Of a stretch of 64,000 nucleotides of DNA, positions 39,040 to 52,914 are shown piece after piece. How positions within the stretch are numbered: the first letter of the stretch is position 1; each line of letters opens with the position of its first letter. The stretch spans positions 302,870,001 through 302,934,000 of the forward strand of contig OZ024740.1 in assembly GCA_964016885.1 (NCBI GenBank), read 5' to 3'. The stretch comes from Eledone cirrhosa. Its lineage: Eukaryota. A program made the translations under genes and the position numbers. A model generated the notes under the pieces. That model was not told where the DNA came from. It did not search any database and saw only the letters and a program-made list of their open reading frames with translations.

Positions 39040-42000
39040 AACATCCAGCTCTAGGGTGAAAGCAGAAATTGTTTGCTTAAATTTTTAATTTAATATAGAG
39101 GTGAGGAAGGACACAGAGAGAAGGGGAAGGGAAGAAAGAGAACCTAGAAGAGAGAGGAATTTATATATTCCTTCACTATTTCACCTTATACTCTCTACGT
39201 TTAGATATACTACTTTATAATATTTTTATATAAATTTCTTTATCTATATAAAGTCATCACAAATTCTACACTACAATAGAAACATTTTTTCTGACTGGTA
39301 TTACGGAAACTTGTTTGAAAAGGAACATTACTCACATCTCTGAACACACAGATTTGCCCACCTTCCACCAGGCTATATTTATATTTTTAGAACATGTTAT
39401 AATATATAGAAATGACCGGCTTTCGTCAAATCAGACCGAGGAAGCAATGTTTCCATTGGTCTTTCCAATTGCTAATACTATCTATCGGTCGCAAATCCAT
39501 GTAGAAGGATCAACGTGAAATAATGTCTTGTTCAAGGACATAACGCATCGCCCGGTCCGGGAATGGAACTCACAACCTCACGATTGCGAATCCAATTCTC
39601 TAACCACTCAGCCACACGTCTTCACTGTTATAATAAATAATAGCCCTTATTCCTGGTGTTTACGGATTTAAACATGCCTGATTATTAGCTTTTACACATA
39701 ATGCATGCGGTTTTCGATAATATGGAATGAGTGCTTTTATCAGCAAATACTAAGAAACTAATAGTTTCTTGAAATCCAACAAAAACCTTATATTAATACA
39801 TATATTGTTTTTATACCGGTGCACAAGTGTATATGCGTTTAAAACATTTACCACACCCCATCTTTTTTATTTCAACGTAATTATTACGGCTGTCATCAAA
39901 CTCACTGAAAGATATTTCATTCCTTTAATGAAATACGCATATATCTGAATACATGTTTGTCTGACATTTAGACATGTTAGCATGTTCATACTCGTTTGAG
40001 GAAACAAGACAATAATTGAAGTACAAAAAAGTAGTTTTAAGCAGCCGAATGTAGTAATTAATTGCACTGTGTACAACCAATCACAGTGTGTTTAGCGAAA
40101 TAAAAAGATCCTTTTCTTGTAAGCAAATGATCGATGTTTGCTTGCTTGCATCAAAGAAACATACAGACAAGTCTCTACATTCGATGAATATAACTTATCC
40201 TATAATGTAACTCAAACACATGTAGTGACAGTCAGACACTCTAATACATACTTGTACACACTTTCACACAAACATTCTTATCGTCTCTTGTTCTACGCCA
40301 AAACCTCTAGTCTTAGTTTTGAAACACTTCTTTATGAATGCAAGTCTAATTAGTACGAACTAAACAATATATCAATTATTAGCGCAACAAATGCTCTACA
40401 AGGGACTTTACTTTCTTTTTCACTTCCATTTTAGCTTCCACCATTTTCATATTTTCTCTCATTTTTTATTTCTTTTATCTGTATTCTCAAATTGCTATCC
40501 ATTACTAATTATCTTTTCTTCGAGAATAAATGAAGTGTTACTATCATACAGCTCGTCATTGCTTTTCACCGATTTTCCCAATATGTATGGTATTTGGATG
40601 CAGGTAATTGATTTTACGCGTTCATGGTTTCTACGGCTAAAGTGACTATATATTTGTTGGGTATTCATTATAGGTACTTTATGTAACTAGTGTATTTCTA
40701 AGTCCTGCCCACGACTGGTGTGTATGACTGTTACTGATTTTTCTTAATATTATAAACTATCTGCAAAATTTCTTATTTAGGTGGCAATTTATCGTAATGA
40801 ATTCAAATCAGTCACAACATTAGTTGATGAAACTATAATAACAACGTTTGTTCCAGTCCAAACAATAGTTTTGTGTTATGTTATGGAGATATCTGTAGTA
40901 GCTGTCCTTTAACAACGGAAAATTACTTTCAGGTATATATGATATGTGTTATGGTATTGTCCAAACATTCCTTCATAATATTTTGTTGTCGTTGCGTCTT
41001 CCATTAATTGACACTTCCATGGTCTTAAGATATGTTTTTTCCCTTGTTCTTAATAGAAACATTGATGTGTTTAGGAAAGTTTTCTGCAGCTTAATTAACA
41101 TACCGTATAGTTCCAATAGTTGGAGGTTGTTTATTTCAAAATAAGTTTTTCTGTTGTTGAAAATGTGTCTAATGGGACCAACATCCATGAACGTTCGTAC
41201 AACTCGATTGCCACCCACCCAATTCAACCGACAAGCAAACCATGAATGTTATTTTTCTCTGACATGTTATTTTCTCAGTCTCATCTCTAAGGTAGCTCTA
41301 CTATTCCAGTTACCTTCTATATTCGAACTTCACACTAGAATTTTGTCTCTGGGTATGTATAGGCTCCATAGTTCCCACCCCTATCCCCTCTCTCCTGTGT
41401 ATCAGCAAATAAAACTTCCAGATATTCTGCCTCAAAAACTGTTTCTAACATAAGCGCGACATCAGAAATTTAAGGCAGGAGGTTAAATTCTACATCAATT
41501 TATCCATTCCTGGATTGATGAAGGTCCGCGATCTTTAATAAAATGGATTCTAACCAGAATGGATCACAACTAGCTACAATCAAGAAAGAATGTTGTACAA
41601 ACATTAGCAGTAAAGCTTATTCAATCAACGTTGAAACTTAGTATTGCAACAGGAAGAAGCCTATTGGTACAATATTTAGATGATTAGCAGAAAGCCACTA
41701 GAACGTATATCTAAAATAATTATCGAAAGCCAAACTTACGTAATAAATTAGCTTACTATAGTCAAATAAATCAGTTTAATCACGAATTATGCTCCCGTAC
41801 CTCAAACAGCGTTTCTATGGCATTTTTTTTTATGTTTCTCTTGTCTATCATTGCTTCTCTTGTTGAAGAAACGCTTATCTGTAGAATTTATTGTCGTCTC
41901 CAGCATATGAGCACTCCAACACTACAAGACACTTACGACAGCTCACGTATAACGAATATTGTAGTTGCCTAACTAAAATATATTGTCTAGTTTTCATATC

Positions 42001-43609
42001 CCACAGTTATATCAGCGAATGTAGTTTTCCAACTCTCCATGATGTGTTTCTACAAAAGAAATATGAGTTCAGCTTTGCACTTATTTGAAATATTAAGTAG
42101 AGAATTCAGTCCTGGCATTTTTCATACAATCGTTTAATGTCGTAAACTTTTTTAAATGTACGAAAACATAAGTTACATTTCACTGCTATTTGCCGGTTTA
42201 CTTTTCTCCTCTTTATATAATTCTGTAAATGCGCATGCTCACAAATCTTCGTTCAGAGAAAAATAAACCAAATGTGGAATATATATTGCAATGACTCTGA
42301 TATTAGTGATTATTTTAACATGCAGTTGATCCCTGCAGTTCTAAATAAATATTTGTACATTAAGTTTACATTTTGTATCAAATATTACATGTGCTTACAT
42401 GTCAAATGATGATTAAATGACTTAAAACATTCATTAAAATATTAAGACGTGCCGTTACAAATATTTCCCAAGCTAAGAGAATATCAAATACTGGGTAATA
42501 GCAACTGACATAAGAATGTGTGTAACTTGAAATTTTACTAAAAAAAAAACCTGTTTGACATTTATAGTTGTCTACGATATATACTCCCGAGTCTTAAATA
42601 ATAGGAGGGGTTTGGAATACGTGAAGAGGCTGGAAAAAGCGAGGGGCTGGAATAAGCGGGGAGTTGGAATGAGCGGGAGATTGGAAAATCGGTAATTTTT
42701 CTAGGGTTATCTCCGTTGATTGTTTTATAAACCAGAATTAGTCGTTTAGTTTACATATTGAGACCCCAATCCATCCTGTTTGTTTTATAACATATGGGAT
42801 TTCTAGTATGTATTTTCTTTTTCATTTTTTTTTTTTTTTTTTTTTTGTCATGTACAATGTTTTCGAATGTCTAAAGAAAATTAATTGTCACACAGAAATG
42901 CTACCACTGAAAATAAAATTACGCCGGGGATAGATTAGCAAAGTTTAATAAGTGGCGGGGTTGGAATAAGAGCGGAGGAGTGGGAAAAAACTGAAAAATG
43001 AATACGTGGGTGGTGGGGAACGATTATTCGCAACCCGAGAGTACACTTTCTTTTATGAAACTGTTAATTCCTCTTTATGCCAGTCACGTTTTGTTACCTA
43101 CATTTTATTATTACATTTATCAAATAGATTTCTTTAATATTTAATATTTATTTCAAAATTAACACCTTTCTGTAGATATCACCGTTGTATTTGATAATCA
43201 ATCATATATAAAGCTAATTATTTACTCCGAGTCATTTAAGATCTTATCATGAAATATTCAGACTTCTTATATAATTAATAAAGGGTGAGAAACTTTACAG
43301 AAATATTTCTTTCGATTTACGAACACATGATTTTTATCGTGAAAATTATAGTTTCTTGCGCCAATGAGTAAACACAAAAACAAACCAGAAAACTATCTAT
43401 TAACAATACCATTCCGGGATATAACCAGTTTTAAAAAGTTAGACCATTACTCAACAGAGTACTCGATGTATGGGGAAGTAGATTATGGTTATATTATAAA
43501 GTGTCGGGACCCGACGGCAAGAGCTCAGCCGTCTGGTCCCGACTCTTTATATTAGATTAACAATATTATATAAATTTGTATTTACCTCTGTATAAATTAA
43601 AAATATATT

Positions 43610-44486
43610 CATCCTCTCCTCTCCATCATGGACTAGTTCCAACAGGGAGTTGGGTGAAGCTCTCCAGCAATGGAGTGAGTTGGGTTTGTCTCTTCCTGAG
43701 AAGGTGGAGTACAGTCGAAGTCAGAGAGCTTGGGACAGCATAAGTTCGAAGGCCACCTTCGACCCCCTCTTCGTCCAGTAAGATCAGTTTGCAAGGTACC
43801 GCTTACTATCTGCCAGTGCCAAATACTTAGGCGACTGGGTCGATGCCCTACCCGTGGTCAACGTTGGTGGCCTACTCAGCTTGGACGAACTTCGTGTCTC
43901 CATCGCCCTTAGAGTGGGAGCTGACGTCTGCATGGGTTTGAGGTGCCGATGCGGCAAAGTCCTCGACTCTACAGGCCTCCACGGTTTTTCTTGCCGCCTG
44001 AATGCCGACCGCTTCGCGTGTCACACGGAGCTAAACCTCATTCTGAAGAGAGCTTTGGCCCGGACGAATATCCCCTCAGTCTTGGAACGATCTGGGTTGT
44101 CCAGAAGTGACGGCAAAAGACCTGATGGTCTTACCCTGTGCCCCTGGTCGAGAGGCCTTGTCTGGGACGTCACTGTTAGTGACTCTTTTGCTCTTTCCCA
44201 CATCCTGGATGCTGCGGTTAGGACGAGAGCCACAGCTTCTGCAGCCGAGCGGAGTTAGACCCTCAAATACTCTGATCTGTCGGCCAGCTATATTTTTCAG
44301 CCTGTGGCTTTCGAGACGTTTGGGGGAGTCGGGCCGCTGACTACGAGGTTCCTTTCCTCACTGGCGGCTCGCCTAATAGAGGTGACTGGCGAATCTCGCG
44401 AGGGTGCTTGGCTGTTTCAGCGTATCAGCCTCGCCATCACCCGAGGCAACGCTGCGAGTGTGCTGGCTTGCCTCAAAAATCATTAG
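43610..44486 (+). pseudogene. CRE-clade non-LTR retrotransposon 3' portion (CCHC knuckle, restriction-like endonuclease)
   Basis: ALRVG..CRCG..GLHGFSC..HTELN..DGKRPDGLT..PW..LVWDVT..FETFGGVG..QRISLAITRGNA; in-frame stops (e.g. 44256-44258); GC-rich island. Confidence 0.85.
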
Positions 44487-45248
44487 AGAGGTTTCCTAGT
44501 ACTCGCGACGTTGCTGTCTTTTGCTCTGGTATTGGCTCCGTTGTTCACCCCTTCCTTTACATTTTCTTTAATATTGTAACATTAAAAGAATATATCTTTC
44601 ATTATATCATCCTTTATAGTGTTACCGAAGCATTTATAATGTTATTTATGTATATATTTAAAACATATTTGTTATGTTAAATTAAATTATGTTCACTATT
44701 GCTCAAATGAATTCATTTATTTGGTAAGGAGATATATATAGTAATAAAAATGAAGCAATCTTCCTGAGTAATGTTTTTTATACTCTAAATCGGTCTTTAT
44801 AACTTAGATCTGTGATGAAAAGCTTATCTCTTTTCCATCCGTCTCATATATTTTTTTTTTTATTGTTTAAAGATAGTAGAGTGTGATTTGGCGGTTACTT
44901 CGCTGAAATTCTAGTATACGGGGTCCATTGATGGTTTGTTTCGACCAAGCTGAAATCGCTACCACTTTTCCTATTTACAAAAAATAATTTACACTCCACC
45001 CACTAGTATTGAATGCTCAGTCAGATGTTTGAATGTGTTAAATGCTATATATGTACAGAGAGAAAGGTAGAGGGAGGAATAGAAAGTACAATTCCTTACA
45101 GTGACAAACCAGTTTTATTTCAGTTCGATAATACTTAACTGAGATGAAAGTATGTATATATGGCAACCGATTCAATTGTGAGAGTAGTATATGTATATTG
45201 TGTGTATATATATATATGTGTATATGTGTATATATATATGTGTATATG

Positions 45249-45355
<107 letters not shown>

Positions 45356-45649
45356 CTTTTTATACATATACTATTTATATATGTATGTAGAGAGAGATCT
45401 GGGAAAGAGACAGGCAGATAAAGGGAGAGAAGAAGTGAAGTAAGTGATATGCTTGTGTATTATGAAGGCTTATATATAAGTATGCTTCTTGTTGGTATTC
45501 AGCTTTAAATCAATCCCGGATTCACTGACCTATAGATAAAATATTCTAACAGTGACCATCCTACTTTACTTTCTGACGTTTATCTAGGATCACACTATCT
45601 AATGCGTCCTTCATTCGTCTACATAGAGGTTATCTTATTTGCTCATGTA

Positions 45650-46177
45650 TGTGCCTGTGTAAGCAAGCATGAGTTGTGAGGCATCAAAACACAAGGAAAA
45701 TAATGAAATATCAGTAACGAATTACATGTAAGAGAATCTGAAAAATCATTAGCCTCACTATAATTTTGTTAGTCATAATCTACTACAATACAAAGATAGA
45801 AATTACATACAACTGGCGCACTTGGGACACTCTCCGAGGAGACTGCTCTCTAAATCCTGACCCGCAGACACCAATATGTGTAAACTTCGTGTTTGTCCTC
45901 TCATCAACGCGGAAGTGTGCATGAGAACGTATGTGGTTTATAGGGTCACCTGCAGAAACTGTGTTAGCTTATACATTTATGGCACTGTTTGGATCCTGCA
46001 CATACGGATCAAGGAACAGCCTCCTCTGTCGAAATACCCATGACAAAATGCCTCAACTGAGACAGTAAGGTCTCTCTAGAGGCTAGATAGGGGAATGTAC
46101 GATTTCAAGAAGCTCTCATTATAAAGATGCATAAGCCGCAGATCAACAACAGATCGGAACTACATGGAGCAGAGTAG
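45650..46177 (+). pseudogene. Penelope-like element, decayed GIY-YIG endonuclease region
   Basis: 45876-46043 translates MCKLRVCPLINAEVCMRTYVVYRVTCRNCVSLYIYGTVWILHIRIKEQ (VVY..C..C...YIG.T.R.L..RI.EH pattern); after a frameshift RFQEALIIKMHKPQINNRSE (EA..I....P.IN). Confidence 0.75.
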
Positions 46178-46396
46178 CTGTGGTGACTAATCTGCGCACA
46201 TAATACAGACAACGTACGTGCGAACAGAATGTTTAATTTTTCTGTATTCATCGCTTATCACTTGAAAAGGTTTTTACATTGAAATATCATAAATTATATT
46301 CTGTAAAAATAAAATATCATTTTGATTTGTTTTGTCAGCCTTTTACCCCAGTATCATCTTTATATTTTCATCTGCATTGTACCGGCTTTCCAAACA

Positions 46397-46575
46397 TGGC
46401 AGTATGGGTAGAGGGTCGGACGCCATGCTTTGACGCAAAGAGTTACGGCCCTTTCCATTCTGAGTTCAAATCCTGTCGAGGTTAACTTTGCCTTTCATCC
46501 TTCCAGGGTCGATAAAATAAAGTACCGGTAGTGCACTGGGTAATTGCTGGCCTTGTGCCAAAAGTAGAAACAATT
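46397..46575 (+). mobile_element. SINE
   Basis: Box A/B and core present. Confidence 0.85.
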
Positions 46576-48381
46576 ATTATTATTATTTTCATTTTACAAG
46601 ATCGGTCTAGAGGACGGGTCAGTGCTTATAGTGAAATTGATGCCATTAATATCCGCTACACTTTTTCCAAGTCGACAATCACAGGAAAGAATTCTAGACA
46701 GCCTATATTCTGGGAAGGAAAAAATTAACTTTAGTTATTACTGTAGGACCAGAAAGGCAACAGATGGGACGAAAAGAGGAGGGGTAAATGAGTCAAAAGT
46801 GCCTGACTAGAGGTGACATAACTCCTGTTAGAGCGAAGGAGTAGAGGTCATTGGAGTAGAGGTATAAAGAGCAGAGGGAGGTAATAACATATATGAGCCA
46901 GTGGCTGGTACATGTCTGTGAGTGGCAATGTCAAAGCATGTCCGCAACTTCATGCCGTTATAGGTGTGAAAAGTTCTTATGAATCTGTCATTCTCTCTTT
47001 AGTCCGTCTTCCTCACATTTTACGTGTCTCTCACTCTTTCCCCACTCTCTCTCTCTTTCAGTCCCTCCCCCCCCCCCTCTTTCCATCTCTCTCTCTCTCT
47101 CTGTGTAGAACAACGTTCTTTCAATACTCTATCCTTATTTTTTAATGTGTTAGTCACTCTCTCGTATCCCTCTTCTCTTTCTCTCTCCCCTTCTCTCTCT
47201 GTCTAACATAATTTTTGTTTTGTAATGCTGTATGGGTTTCTTTTTTAAACTCAAGGTGGTAGATGCTACATTTTCCATCCAAATATGTGTTCCTAACTCT
47301 GCGGAAAATAGTAGCAACCCTTATTTTCCTTCTCTTTCCTGACATCAGAGAATTTTTTTAGTTATAAAAATTAATAAAACTTAATCTGCTGGTCACTTTT
47401 ATCTTCTCTACACCATTGATATCCACACCTAACACCTTCTCATATAAATGTCTCACATTTTATCCCCTCTGAAACACAAATGCCACATACACACACTTTT
47501 CTATCATCGGCGTTTCTTGGCTCATTCTGTATTTCTTTCCTAAAACAAGCGCTGCATGACACCGTATTCACAGACCTGATTGAAACATGGCATATCCAGA
47601 GTGCCTGACTTTGGGTTGTTCCCAATACTTCAATTGATTACCTCCTCCTTAATATTCTTCTCCTTAATCAAGCATAGCTAACTTAGATTATACAACTGCT
47701 ATAAATGTATTAGCTATTGCATATTGGCACGAAATCCAATGGCCTTTTGAAATAAACTTGGACCAGTATTTGTTCAATCAACAGCTTGGAATGATTCCTG
47801 ATCAGTTAGCTACAGGCGCATATAATAAATATTAGCATGTAAACTAGAAAAAAGGCAACTATTAACAATGTTCAATACACTCGTATCTCAAATAATAGAG
47901 TTGGAATAAGCGTGGTGGGGAAATTGGTAATTTTTCTAGGTTATCTCCATTAATTATTTTTTAAACCAGTATTAGTTATTTAGTTTACATATTGAGACTC
48001 CCAACCCATCCTGTTTATTTTATAATGTATAGGATTTCTTGAAATGTTCTTTTTTGTCGTGTCTAAAGAAAATTGATTGTTGAAGGAATGCTACCACTTA
48101 AAATGAACTTTCGTCGAGGTTAGATTAGCAAAATTTGAGAGTTGGAAAAAATCTAAAAAGTTAATAAGCTGTAGGGAGCGATTATTTCATCTAGCCAAGA
48201 GTAGATGAAATAACTAGGAATTAAACAGAAGAAATCTGCCCTAATTTGACAGTTTAATATTACTACTCATTTATAAAAATATGCGCCGAGATATGAATTA
48301 TATTCATATTCACTATGTGTTATAGACTATGAATAACTTACACACACATAGATATATACACACATATATATATATATATAT

Positions 48382-48688
48382 AAAGGGTAAAGACCCCCTT
48401 CGGTCACGAATGACCATGAGATTTGTACCTAGAAAGTTTTCCTCCGAGGCACAAGTCCAGGCAAGGTTGTTTGTGGAAGACCAATAGTCGCCCATGCATA
48501 CCAGTCTCCCCTCTCCACGCCACCGATGAGGTCCAAGGGAAAGGCAATGACCGATATAGCTTGGCACCAGTGACGTCGCAACTCATTTCTACCGCTGAAT
48601 AAACTGGAGCAACGTGAAATAAAGTGTCTTGCTCAAGGAAACAACACATCACCCGGTCCGAGAATTGAACTGACAACCATTCGATTGT
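48382..48688 (-). mobile_element. Second tRNA-derived SINE family; fragments at ~14655-14810 (+), 26093-26340 (+), 39505-39620 (-)
   Basis: gttcaattctcggaccggg..ccttgagcaagacacttt core on minus strand. Confidence 0.7.
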
Positions 48689-48704
48689 GTATATATATAT
48701 ATAT

Positions 48705-48777
<73 letters not shown>

Positions 48778-48798
48778 CATATATATATATATATATAA

Positions 48799-48849
<51 letters not shown>

Positions 48850-48994
48850 TAGATAGATAGATAGATAGATAAATCTACCAAAATGTACGGTAGTGTCCAA
48901 TCCGTATGAAAAACTCAATGTAATCCAAATATCATGAAAAGAGAAGATGTATTCAAAATGTTTTCGATGAAAAACACAGGAAAACAGAGTCAAG

Positions 48995-49275
48995 ATAAAT
49001 TAATAAAAACAATGAATAAAAACAAAGAAACAGTTCCTTATATTAAAAGATTCATCATTTTACGATCGTTTCTAGGATATATATGTGTGTGGAAGACAGC
49101 ATATATATGTGTAGGTATGTATATTCCCTCTGATAGTTTGTAAACATTTTACATAGATCTATATGATATACATACCAACACACACATATATATCCTAGAA
49201 ACGATCGTAAAATGATGAATCTTTTAATATATGGAACTGTTTCTTTGTTTTTATTCATTATTTTTATTAATTTAT
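48995..49275. repeat. Fold-back, 96-bp arms, HHR 3' half
   Basis: Arms 48995-49090 / 49180-49275; ccuaGAAACGAUCGUAaaaug at 49194-49214. Confidence 0.88.
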
Positions 49276-49441
49276 ATATATATATATATATATAGCAGAG
49301 TATAAAAGTTTTAATATAGATGAGATTCTACAGGACTAGAACTGTTTCATTCTTTAGAAATCATCAGAGATTCCTGATGATTTCTGCAATGTATTGAGTA
49401 CCTTACTTACTGTGGTTACCTCCGATTCAACCCGGAATAAC

Positions 49442-49479
<38 letters not shown>

Positions 49480-50779
49480 CAAATTTATACGGGAACAAAA
49501 CAGAGAGGCAGACAAATAAAGGTTTATTAGGTTCACCCTTTTGAGAGTGGAGGGGGGGGGGCGTCTCGGGCATAAGCATTTCTTCATGATAAATAGGTTA
49601 GGAAGAGAGTTCCGAGGGTGTGTGGAAATACATTTAGAAAAAAGGGAGGAGAACAAATAAAAATAAAAATAAAAATAAAAATAAAAATAAACGAAAAATA
49701 AACATAAGAATTAACAATAAGATGAGCAAGTGGTGGAAGGGTGTAAGGCGTGTAAGGGTGGTGACGGGTGGAGTTGGGCGACGGAGGCGGGGGGTCGAAG
49801 CGAGGAAGGCTGAAGGTGGCGTTAGTGTATGTGTGTAGGTGTACGTGAGTGTGTGTGTGTGTATGTGAGAAGAAAGACGAGGTTCCATGTTCTGGATTCC
49901 GGAGGTTGAGAGTGTATATAAGTGGGGGTACGCACGTGTGTGTTTGTGTTTATATGTGGTGTGGTTGTGGGTGGCGTGGTGCGAAAAAAAATATGAGTGT
50001 ATGTTCGTGGGTAAGTCCCTGAGGTAGTTCCATCGAGTGTGAAAAAAGGTGCTGGATATTTTCCATGGTATGGAGTGGATGGCTGGAGAAGTGTCCGGTG
50101 GTGTGGAATCCAATGTTGGTGGTGGTCGGAAGTGGAGGGAAGGGGGTGCGTGCGCGTGCAACAGGAAGTGGTCAGAGGGTCAAGGCAAGGTGAAGAGATA
50201 GAAGTAGAGGAGGAGGAGGAGATAGCAACAGAGCTGGATGACAGGTGGAGTAAGGTCAGTGTGGTGTGGACTGTGTGTGTGTCTGTGCGGAGGTGCGGTG
50301 GACAAGGGAGAGGATGGGTCGGTGTGACGGTTGGAGGGGGAGGGTAGTAAAGTGGGGCGACGGGGGGTATATTAGTAGAGGTGTTAGTGGGATGTGTGTT
50401 TGTGAAGGGGTGTGGGGGGAGCGGGGAGAGGGAGAGAGAGAGGGAGGAAAGAGGTGTTGGGGACGGAGGAGGGAATGTAGTGTACTGGTGTGTGTGTGCG
50501 TGTTTGGATGAGCATGTGTGTGGTAAAGGGGGTGTCAGTGGGTGTTAGTATTTCGTGTGGTGGGGAAAGGGTGGAAAGCGGGTGTGTAAGTGGGGGTTAG
50601 TGGTGGTTGGGTGGGTGGTGTACATAGGTGTGGGTGTATGTGTGTGTGTGTTATGGTGTGTGTTCGTGTGCGTGGGGTCGGGGGGAGGTTAGTGATGTTA
50701 GTTGTGTGTGTGTATACATGTATGTGTGTATGTATGTATGTGAACAAATTTCTTGTTTTCATTGTCATATCCATACAGC

Positions 50780-51555
50780 GTTGGTTTTCAAATGCTCTGT
50801 GCGCCCAAATATGTGCATTTCGGACGCTGGCTTCAAGTCACACCAACGAGCACACAATGGTAAAGTCCAAGTTGATTCAACTTTTGTTGCAGAGAATAAG
50901 TTTCAGGGCCATGTTTGTCAGAAAATGTGTAAATCAGTTGGTGGATTGAAGCAACATCTGAAAATACACAATAAGCAAACCCAAAGTGGAAACAATATCG
51001 AATAAGACATAATTGTATTATTTGTGGACGGGTTTTCCACAGGCTTTCAAAAACCAAAAGTCATTTGAGATCTCATACCAGGAAGGAACAGACATAAAGT
51101 GCAAGAAGTGCTCAAGCTTTGTATGAAGCAGACTACCGTTATGTATGTATGTATATATGTATGTATGCACATATCTATGTATGCATGTATTTTTTTTTTT
51201 TTTTTTTTGCGGAGCGAGAGGCTCTTAGTCTTCATTAAGATATCTCTCTAGGAGAAGATCACTCTGATATAATACCTGCAACTTCGTTTGCCTCGAATGA
51301 TGTAAACCAATTTTTCATTTTGGGCAAATGCATTCGACGTTCAGATTGTGGAATTGGCTCCGTAGAAAAGCCTTTATTCACTTAAAAAAAGCTTCAAGCA
51401 CAGGCATCGCCTGATATGTGAGATTTTGTGTGATACATTGTATTGCTGACCATAGCTAAGTCCCTAGCAGGACTAAAATGCCACGTCTGTGATCCTCATA
51501 CTTAAGTATCAAGCGATGGCATTACTCGAAATCGTGTTGCAGCCATCATCATCAT
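50780..51555 (+). pseudogene. Decayed C2H2 zinc-finger-bearing LINE 3' ends (RTE-like)
   Basis: C..C.S.AGFKSHQRAH, CQKMCKSVGGLKQHLKIH, CIICGR..SHLRSH; (CAT)n tail at ~51545. Confidence 0.45.
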
Positions 51556-52914
51556 GTGTGTATGTATGAATGTATGTATGCCCATATACCACAGCAAGAT
51601 AGATATCACATATAAGTAGTAATCAACTGAAACTTACAGTAATATTCCTTGTATTCAACTGCCTAATAATTATTCTCAACAACTCACAGGCATTACAGTT
51701 CTGAAATATTTCAAAAGCTGTAATCAACTATATTGCATTGGAAATGCTTCTAATTTCTTTTTTTAATTATATGTTAATTGCTTGATATATATTTGGATAC
51801 ACAGAAATGAATTCAAAAATATATATATTTAAATAACTTCCCTTTAAATACTCAGTGTTTCATACATTTATAAATATGTTCGAATATAAATGTAATTACA
51901 TATTTGATCAGTTTACATTTGTATCCATTGAGGTAAATATATAACCTTACTGATGCGTTCTTAGATTGTATGCAAATTAATAAAGAAACAAATGTATCAT
52001 ATGGGAAATTAAACAACATTCACTCAACATATAATTGCCAACGTGAAAAATGTTATCTGTACTAAAACCTTAATACCTTTCACAGAATGATGCCTATTTT
52101 TATAGAATTTGCAAACTGCTCACAGCTATTTATTTCTGTCTACACTTTGCCTTAAAGAAGGTTTCACTAACATTTACAATAATAATTTTGGAATGTTTTA
52201 AAGATACTATATAGGTTTTTTATATATATTAATATTTTTTCTATCCATAACTTGGAATTCTGATACAGACATATAGTAGCATTAAGTCCAATTTATGTGA
52301 ACTAAAATATTTATAGAATTTTTATAATTCTATTTTTATTTTGTATCATCTTTCGTTTCACTTTGAAATTTTAGAATATTTTAGAATAGATTAGATGTTT
52401 TTTTTTGAAAATTTATACATTTGCCTATTATATGCGTGAAATTCATTCTGACTAAAGTAAACTGAGCCTAAATTATTTGCACATTTATTATTTTAATTAA
52501 CAGGCTAATGTTTTTATAGTATTTGTATGAATTATTTTATTTTCTATAGCATCAATGCATAGACATAAATCACATCGTTATCCTCTATAAATCCTTGGTT
52601 TCTAGTGATAGTTATTTGTATTGGCATTATTTTAATTTCCAGATAACTTTCCCTTCCAATTGATTTCATATCATTCACTGAAGACGACTGGTTTAAAGAA
52701 GAAATAGTTCTTTCTTTATGATGTCAGCTGGCTTAGTGATGCAAATTAAGCAACAAGCATCTTCCATCTTATATGTGTTTCTACTATTTTCTTGTTCTTG
52801 TTCCCAACTGATTGGGATTTACTTGAATTACTCTGTTTTCCTCTTGGTGGTATCCAGATTTATAGAAAAAGTACAAGTAAATAAAATAAAATTAATTTCA
52901 TTGTGGAATTTCTT

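Noticed and set aside
50628-51005. Possible host C2H2 zinc-finger gene
   Set aside because: Fingers degenerate, no TGEKP linkers, ORF start lies in a microsatellite; better explained as LINE debris.
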